NCBI GenBank assembly: GCA_963663165.1
Contig: OY760175.1
Span: 6,592,001 to 6,656,000, forward strand
From: an uncultured Desulfospira sp.
GTDB taxonomy: Bacteria; Desulfobacterota; Desulfobacteria; Desulfobacterales; Desulfobacteraceae
Reading direction: 5' to 3'
DNA length: 64,000 nucleotides
The number at the start of each line of letters is the position of its first letter. Position 1 is the stretch's first letter. Positions 59,911 to 64,000 of the stretch are shown in pieces. Below the pieces are notes generated by a model. It worked only from the letters and a program-made list of their open reading frames with translations, did not search any database and was not told the DNA's origin. The position numbers and the translations under genes were made by a program.

Positions 59911-60261
59911 CTATACCGGTCTTTTCTCTTTAATTCTGGCGGCTTTGCCCCTCAGGTTTCTCAGATAGTAGAGTTTGGAGCGGCGTACCCGGCCCCGGGT
60001 CACCACTTCAATTTTATCAATGGCCGGTGAGTAAAGGGGAAAAATTCTTTCCACCCCGACACCCGAAGATATTTTTCTTACGGTAAACCGTGCGCCGGAA
60101 AGGCCCCCGGTTTTTTTGATAACAACACCCTCAAATACCTGGATTCTTTCTTTTTCTCCTTCTTTGATTTTGACGTGAACCTTTACGGTGTCCCCTGAAT
60201 CAAAGTCCGGAATATCCAGACGCATCTGTTCTCTTTCCAATTTTGCGATAACTTGTGACAT
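59911..60261 (-). CDS. rplS: 50S ribosomal protein L19
   Basis: [35 protein letters not shown]. Confidence 0.96.
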   Translation of the reverse strand: MSQVIAKLEREQMRLDIPDFDSGDTVKVHVKIKEGEKERIQVFEGVVIKKTGGLSGARFTVRKISSGVGVERIFPLYSPAIDKIEVVTRGRVRRSKLYYLRNLRGKAARIKEKRPV

Positions 60262-60309
60262 GCTTCCTCCTGGTTTTCTTAACCTGCCGGCCAATATCAG
60301 CCGGCTTTT

Positions 60310-60873
60310 TCAGCTGTTCGTAATTCTGTCCAAATATATAGATGCAGCAGACCTGACGGAAAGGTGGTTATACTCTCCTGGTCCTTTAATGGGGTCAAGC
60401 CTCAGGTCGCATGACCCGGTAATGGTTTCGGCAAGTCCCCATGCCGTGCCCAAAACCAGGACATGAGCTGCATTTTCCGTTAACTGTTCCTTAAGTGCCC
60501 GGGCCGGTATGGTGGCTTCCGATTCCCTTGCACTGGTTGCTATGGTGACAACCTTTTTATATCCCCTGCTCAATAAATCTTCTTTAACCTGATCAAAGCT
60601 TTGCGCTGTTTTAATCAGTTCTAACGCCTCTTTTCTGGCCGGGTTCAGTTCCCCGCCAACCCCGCAGGTCCAATGCCCTATGATCTGACGGGCCAGTTCT
60701 ATCTGGTCTTCATAGGGAGTGACCACATAATACCCGGCCGCCCCAAATGTCCGGCACGCCCGGGCAATATCATGAAGATCCATATTGGTCAAGGCCGAAC
60801 CAATTTCTTTGCCCCGTTTGTTCACCACCGGAAAATGGATCAAGGCAACATATAGCGTGTCCAAACCTGCCAT
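60310..60873 (-). CDS. SPOUT-class RNA methyltransferase (TrmD-associated)
   Basis: ALIHFPV, TN.DLHDIAR, GTAWGL, YNHLSVRSA. Confidence 0.85.
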   Translation of the reverse strand: MAGLDTLYVALIHFPVVNKRGKEIGSALTNMDLHDIARACRTFGAAGYYVVTPYEDQIELARQIIGHWTCGVGGELNPARKEALELIKTAQSFDQVKEDLLSRGYKKVVTIATSARESEATIPARALKEQLTENAAHVLVLGTAWGLAETITGSCDLRLDPIKGPGEYNHLSVRSAASIYLDRITNS

Positions 60874-60881
60874 AATCCGGT

Positions 60882-61640
60882 CTATTCCACTGCTCCGGCC
60901 AGGGTTTCAAGGCGGCGGGCCCAGTTGAGAAGAATCTGTTTTTCTTCCGGTGTCGGGCCGGTGGCCTTAAACAGGTCAGGCCGTTTGATCACCGTCCTGA
61001 GAAGCCCTGATTCCATACGCCATTGGGCCACTCTGCCATGGTCCCCGGACAGCAGAACCCCCGGAACCTCAAGGCCTTCAAAATTTTCAGGCCGGGTATA
61101 CTGGGCATGTTCAAGCCGGTCACCCACAAAAGAGTCAGCCAGGGGGGAGTCGTCGCTTCCCAAAACCCCGGGGATCAGCCGGGCCGTTGCATCAATCACT
61201 GCCATGGCCGCTAATTCTCCCCCGGTCATGACATAATCCCCTAGGGATATCTCCTCATCAACAAACAGATCATGGACCCGTTCGTCTATGCCCTCATAAC
61301 GGCCGCAGATAAATATCAGGTCCTGCTGCGCCTGGGCAAACCTTAAGGCATCTGACTGGTCAAACCGCTTCCCCTGGGGACTTAAAAGGATGACCTTTGC
61401 CCCGGGGGTCTTTTGCCTGGCCCATACCACTGCTTTTGACAAGGGGCCCGGCGTCATCACCATGCCGGCGCCGCCCCCGTAGGGCCGGTCATCCACCGTA
61501 TTATGCCGGTCCTCGGAAAAATCCCTGATCTGGATGCTTTCACCGGATATCAGCTTCCGGTCAATGCCCCGTTTAACCATGCCATGGTCAAAAAAAGCAT
61601 TGGTCAGTTCCGGGAAAAGGGTGAGTACCGTAAAATTCAT
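60882..61640 (-). CDS. trmD: tRNA (guanine37-N1)-methyltransferase
   Basis: VDDRPYGGGAGMV, CGRYEGIDER, SLGDYV.TGGE. Confidence 0.96.
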   Translation of the reverse strand: MNFTVLTLFPELTNAFFDHGMVKRGIDRKLISGESIQIRDFSEDRHNTVDDRPYGGGAGMVMTPGPLSKAVVWARQKTPGAKVILLSPQGKRFDQSDALRFAQAQQDLIFICGRYEGIDERVHDLFVDEEISLGDYVMTGGELAAMAVIDATARLIPGVLGSDDSPLADSFVGDRLEHAQYTRPENFEGLEVPGVLLSGDHGRVAQWRMESGLLRTVIKRPDLFKATGPTPEEKQILLNWARRLETLAGAVE

Positions 61641-61695
61641 GGCTGGCTTCATGGATGGGCCTTAAAAAAAAGACTGCCCTTAAGGACCCATATCC

Positions 61696-62232
61696 TCAGG
61701 AGCAGTACCCTTCCGGCAGCGTGGTCCGGATCACCTTGTTTTTAAGGTCAACCGATGCCACAAACTGCCGGTGCATGGGGATCAGTGTTTCCCGGCCGGT
61801 CTCTTTGTCCTTGATCACCAGAACATCATGGGCCCCGGTGGGCAAAATGGAATCCACCACACCCAGATTCCCATAGGCCTTGTCGGCGACGGTAAGACCG
61901 TAAAGGTCGTTCCAGTACCAGGTGTCGTCATCGAGTTCGGGCAGGCTGTCCCTGGGGATCAGGATGTCCTGGCCCACAAGCTCTTCGGCCATATCCCTTG
62001 AATCCACCTCTTTAAACCCCAGCAGCAGCCCTTTTTTCATGGGTGAAGACCGGGTGATGGTAAATGCCTCTCCAAGGGAAGCGGCTGATCCCGCATCCGG
62101 CCGCTTCAGCCTGACCTGCCTGCCAATGGAAAAAATTTTGTGGGACTCGGCAAAGGAGTGAACTTTAAGATTCCCGCCAAGGCCGTGAACCCCGGTGATT
62201 TTCCCGATGGTAAGCAGCCCTTCTTCATCCAT
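61696..62232 (-). CDS. rimM: Ribosome maturation factor RimM
   Basis: IGKI...HGL.G, Y..DL.G, TGAHDVL, LIP. Confidence 0.92.
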   Translation of the reverse strand: MDEEGLLTIGKITGVHGLGGNLKVHSFAESHKIFSIGRQVRLKRPDAGSAASLGEAFTITRSSPMKKGLLLGFKEVDSRDMAEELVGQDILIPRDSLPELDDDTWYWNDLYGLTVADKAYGNLGVVDSILPTGAHDVLVIKDKETGRETLIPMHRQFVASVDLKNKVIRTTLPEGYCS

Positions 62233-62235
62233 GAC

Positions 62236-62466
62236 CTACTCGATAATCTCCAGGACCGTCCTTTTTTTCATCTTTGTGGATGCCGCGCTTAAAATGGTCC
62301 TCATGGCCCGGGCAGACCGTCCCTGTTTTCCGATCACCTTTCCCAGATCTTCTTTGGCCACCTTCAGCTCGAGTACCGATGTCTGATCACCAACAACTTC
62401 AGACACCTGAACCTGGTCAGGATTGTCCACCAGTGCCTTTGCAATGTATTCTATCAGCTCTTTCAT
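62236..62466 (-). CDS. khpA: KH-domain RNA-binding protein KhpA
   Basis: [27 protein letters not shown]; between rpsP and rimM. Confidence 0.92.
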   Translation of the reverse strand: MKELIEYIAKALVDNPDQVQVSEVVGDQTSVLELKVAKEDLGKVIGKQGRSARAMRTILSAASTKMKKRTVLEIIE

Positions 62467-62523
62467 AAGTACATCTCCTTTTTCCGTATATATAGGGTGG
62501 GTGAGAATACCTGGGTTTAACTT

Positions 62524-62600
62524 GTGTTTGAACTGAAAATTGACCATCTGCGCCTTGCATATGGACACCCTTTCATCCAGACACGGGTTTTTGTTCAGAC
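62524..62600. repeat. Structured dispersed repeat, internally deleted copy 5
   Basis: GTGTTTGAAC..CCATCTGC^GCCTTGCATATGG..CAGACAC plus GGGTTTTTGTTCAG tail as in copy 1. Confidence 0.75.
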
Positions 62601-62623
62601 GCTAACTTGCCGGGGTGGGCCGG

Positions 62624-62872
62624 TTATGCTGCGGCCACGCCCTGTTTTTTCAATATGGACTGGACGGTTGTGGAGGGCTGTGCCCCCTGTCCAAGCCAGT
62701 ATTGAATCCGTTCGGCTTTCAGCTCAATGGCCGCCGGTTCTGTCATGGGGTTGTAGGTGCCGAGAACCTCAAGGAATCTTCCATCCCTGGGGGATTCAAT
62801 GTCGGCCGCCACGATTCTGTAAAAAGGCCTTTTTTTAGTCCCTTTTCTGGTTAACCTGATTCTTACGGACAT
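62624..62872 (-). CDS. rpsP: 30S ribosomal protein S16
   Basis: [18 protein letters not shown]...PRDGRF.E.LG.YNP. Confidence 0.97.
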   Translation of the reverse strand: MSVRIRLTRKGTKKRPFYRIVAADIESPRDGRFLEVLGTYNPMTEPAAIELKAERIQYWLGQGAQPSTTVQSILKKQGVAAA

Positions 62873-62882
62873 ATGTTTCTCC

Positions 62883-64000
62883 TTAGAACGGCAGCATGCC
62901 CCGCATGGAGCGCATCCCGCCTTTATTAAACTTTTTAATCATTTTCATGGACTGGGTATAGCTTTTCAAAAGTTTGTTTACATCCTGGACCGTGGTCCCG
63001 CTGCCTGTGGCAATCCGTTTTTTCCGTGACGCCTTGATGATGCTGTGTTCAGCCCTTTCCTGGGGGGTCATGGAATTGATGATCGCCTCAATTTTTACAA
63101 ACTCTTTATCGTTAATCTCCAGCCCTTTGAGCTGTTTTTTATTTAAGCCGGGCAGCATGCCCAAAAGATCCTTGATAGACCCCATTTTCCGGACGGATTT
63201 CATCTGGTTTCTAAAGTCTTCAAGGGTAAAGGCATTTGCCCGAAGTTTTTTCTCAAGTGCCTTTGCCTCTTCCTGGTCAACGGCATTGGCCGCTTTCTCT
63301 ATAAGGGAGAGAGTGTCTCCCATGCCCAGTATCCGTGAGGCCATCCGGTCCGGATGAAAGGGCTCCAGTGCAGTGGATTTTTCCCCCACACCGATGAACT
63401 TTAAGGGTTTTCCCGTAACCGCCTTAATGGACAGGGCCGCACCGCCCCTGGCATCGCCGTCCATTTTGGTTAAAATAAACCCGTTCAGGTCCAGTCGTTT
63501 GTCAAAGGACTCGGCAATGTTTACCGCATCCTGGCCGGTCATGGCATCGGCCACCAGAAGGATTTCTGATGGGTTTACCCCTTTTTTGATGCCCTCAAGC
63601 TCTGCCATGAGTTCTTCATCCATGTGCAGCCGGCCGGCCGTGTCAAGGATGAGGGTGTCGCATCCCGCATCTCTTGCAGCCAGCTGCGCGTCCTGGCATA
63701 TCTTCAGGGGTTTCATGTCAGTTGATGAATCAAATACCGGGATGTCCAGCTGGCCCCCGATTTTTTTCAACTGATCAATGGCGGCGGGCCGGTACACATC
63801 CACAGGAACCAGGAAGGGCTTTTTTCCCTGCTTGCGCAGAAATCTGGCCAGCTTTCCCGCCGTGGTGGTCTTGCCGGACCCCTGAAGGCCCACCAGCATT
63901 ATAGAACCCGTTGACCGTCCCCCAAAATCCAGGCCCTGGTGTTCAGACCCCATCATCCGGGTGAATTCTTCATTGACGATCTTAATCACCTGCTGAGCCG
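62883..64000 (-). CDS. ffh: Signal recognition particle protein Ffh (5' end outside window)
   Basis: [24 protein letters not shown], Met-rich M domain. Confidence 0.96.
   Translation of the reverse strand, partial: AQQVIKIVNEEFTRMMGSEHQGLDFGGRSTGSIMLVGLQGSGKTTTAGKLARFLRKQGKKPFLVPVDVYRPAAIDQLKKIGGQLDIPVFDSSTDMKPLKICQDAQLAARDAGCDTLILDTAGRLHMDEELMAELEGIKKGVNPSEILLVADAMTGQDAVNIAESFDKRLDLNGFILTKMDGDARGGAALSIKAVTGKPLKFIGVGEKSTALEPFHPDRMASRILGMGDTLSLIEKAANAVDQEEAKALEKKLRANAFTLEDFRNQMKSVRKMGSIKDLLGMLPGLNKKQLKGLEINDKEFVKIEAIINSMTPQERAEHSIIKASRKKRIATGSGTTVQDVNKLLKSYTQSMKMIKKFNKGGMRSMRGMLPF

Overview
64-kb window from a sulfate-reducing deltaproteobacterium. The sat sequence and gene order suggest Desulfobacteraceae (inference). 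Positions 1-16.2 kb hold a minus-strand type VI secretion (T6SS) cluster: two FHA proteins, tssJ-K-L-M, tagF, tssA-B-C, hcp, tagJ, tssE and tssF, which runs off the left edge. The cluster lies just downstream of a tRNA-Ser(UGA)/tRNA-Ser(GCU) pair. The rest is mostly core genome: argS, gatCA, mutL, outer-membrane proteins, gatB, queA-tgt-hypAB, gltX, rpmF-acpP-rpiB-glyA-nrdR-rib-nusB, pabBC, sat, a PiT transporter and ffh-rpsP-khpA-rimM-trmD-rplS-rnhB-rsmI. Main observations not explained by the ORF track: (1) a secreted DUF1573-like ORF with an in-frame TGA at the conserved Cys site (U-G-C) and a SECIS-like hairpin, a candidate selenoprotein; (2) five copies of a ~125-bp repeat whose stems covary while its internal loops stay nearly invariant; (3) many degenerate 7-8-mer tandem arrays, often in inverted pairs, one inside mutL; (4) a 1-kb toxin-antitoxin (TA) insert flanked by a ~425-bp direct repeat of a gene 3' end whose coding differences are all synonymous; (5) unusual T6SS architectures (TssA with a duplicated C-terminal domain; an FHA/Clp-N-like fusion). 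All family assignments come from motif recognition by eye; no searches were run.
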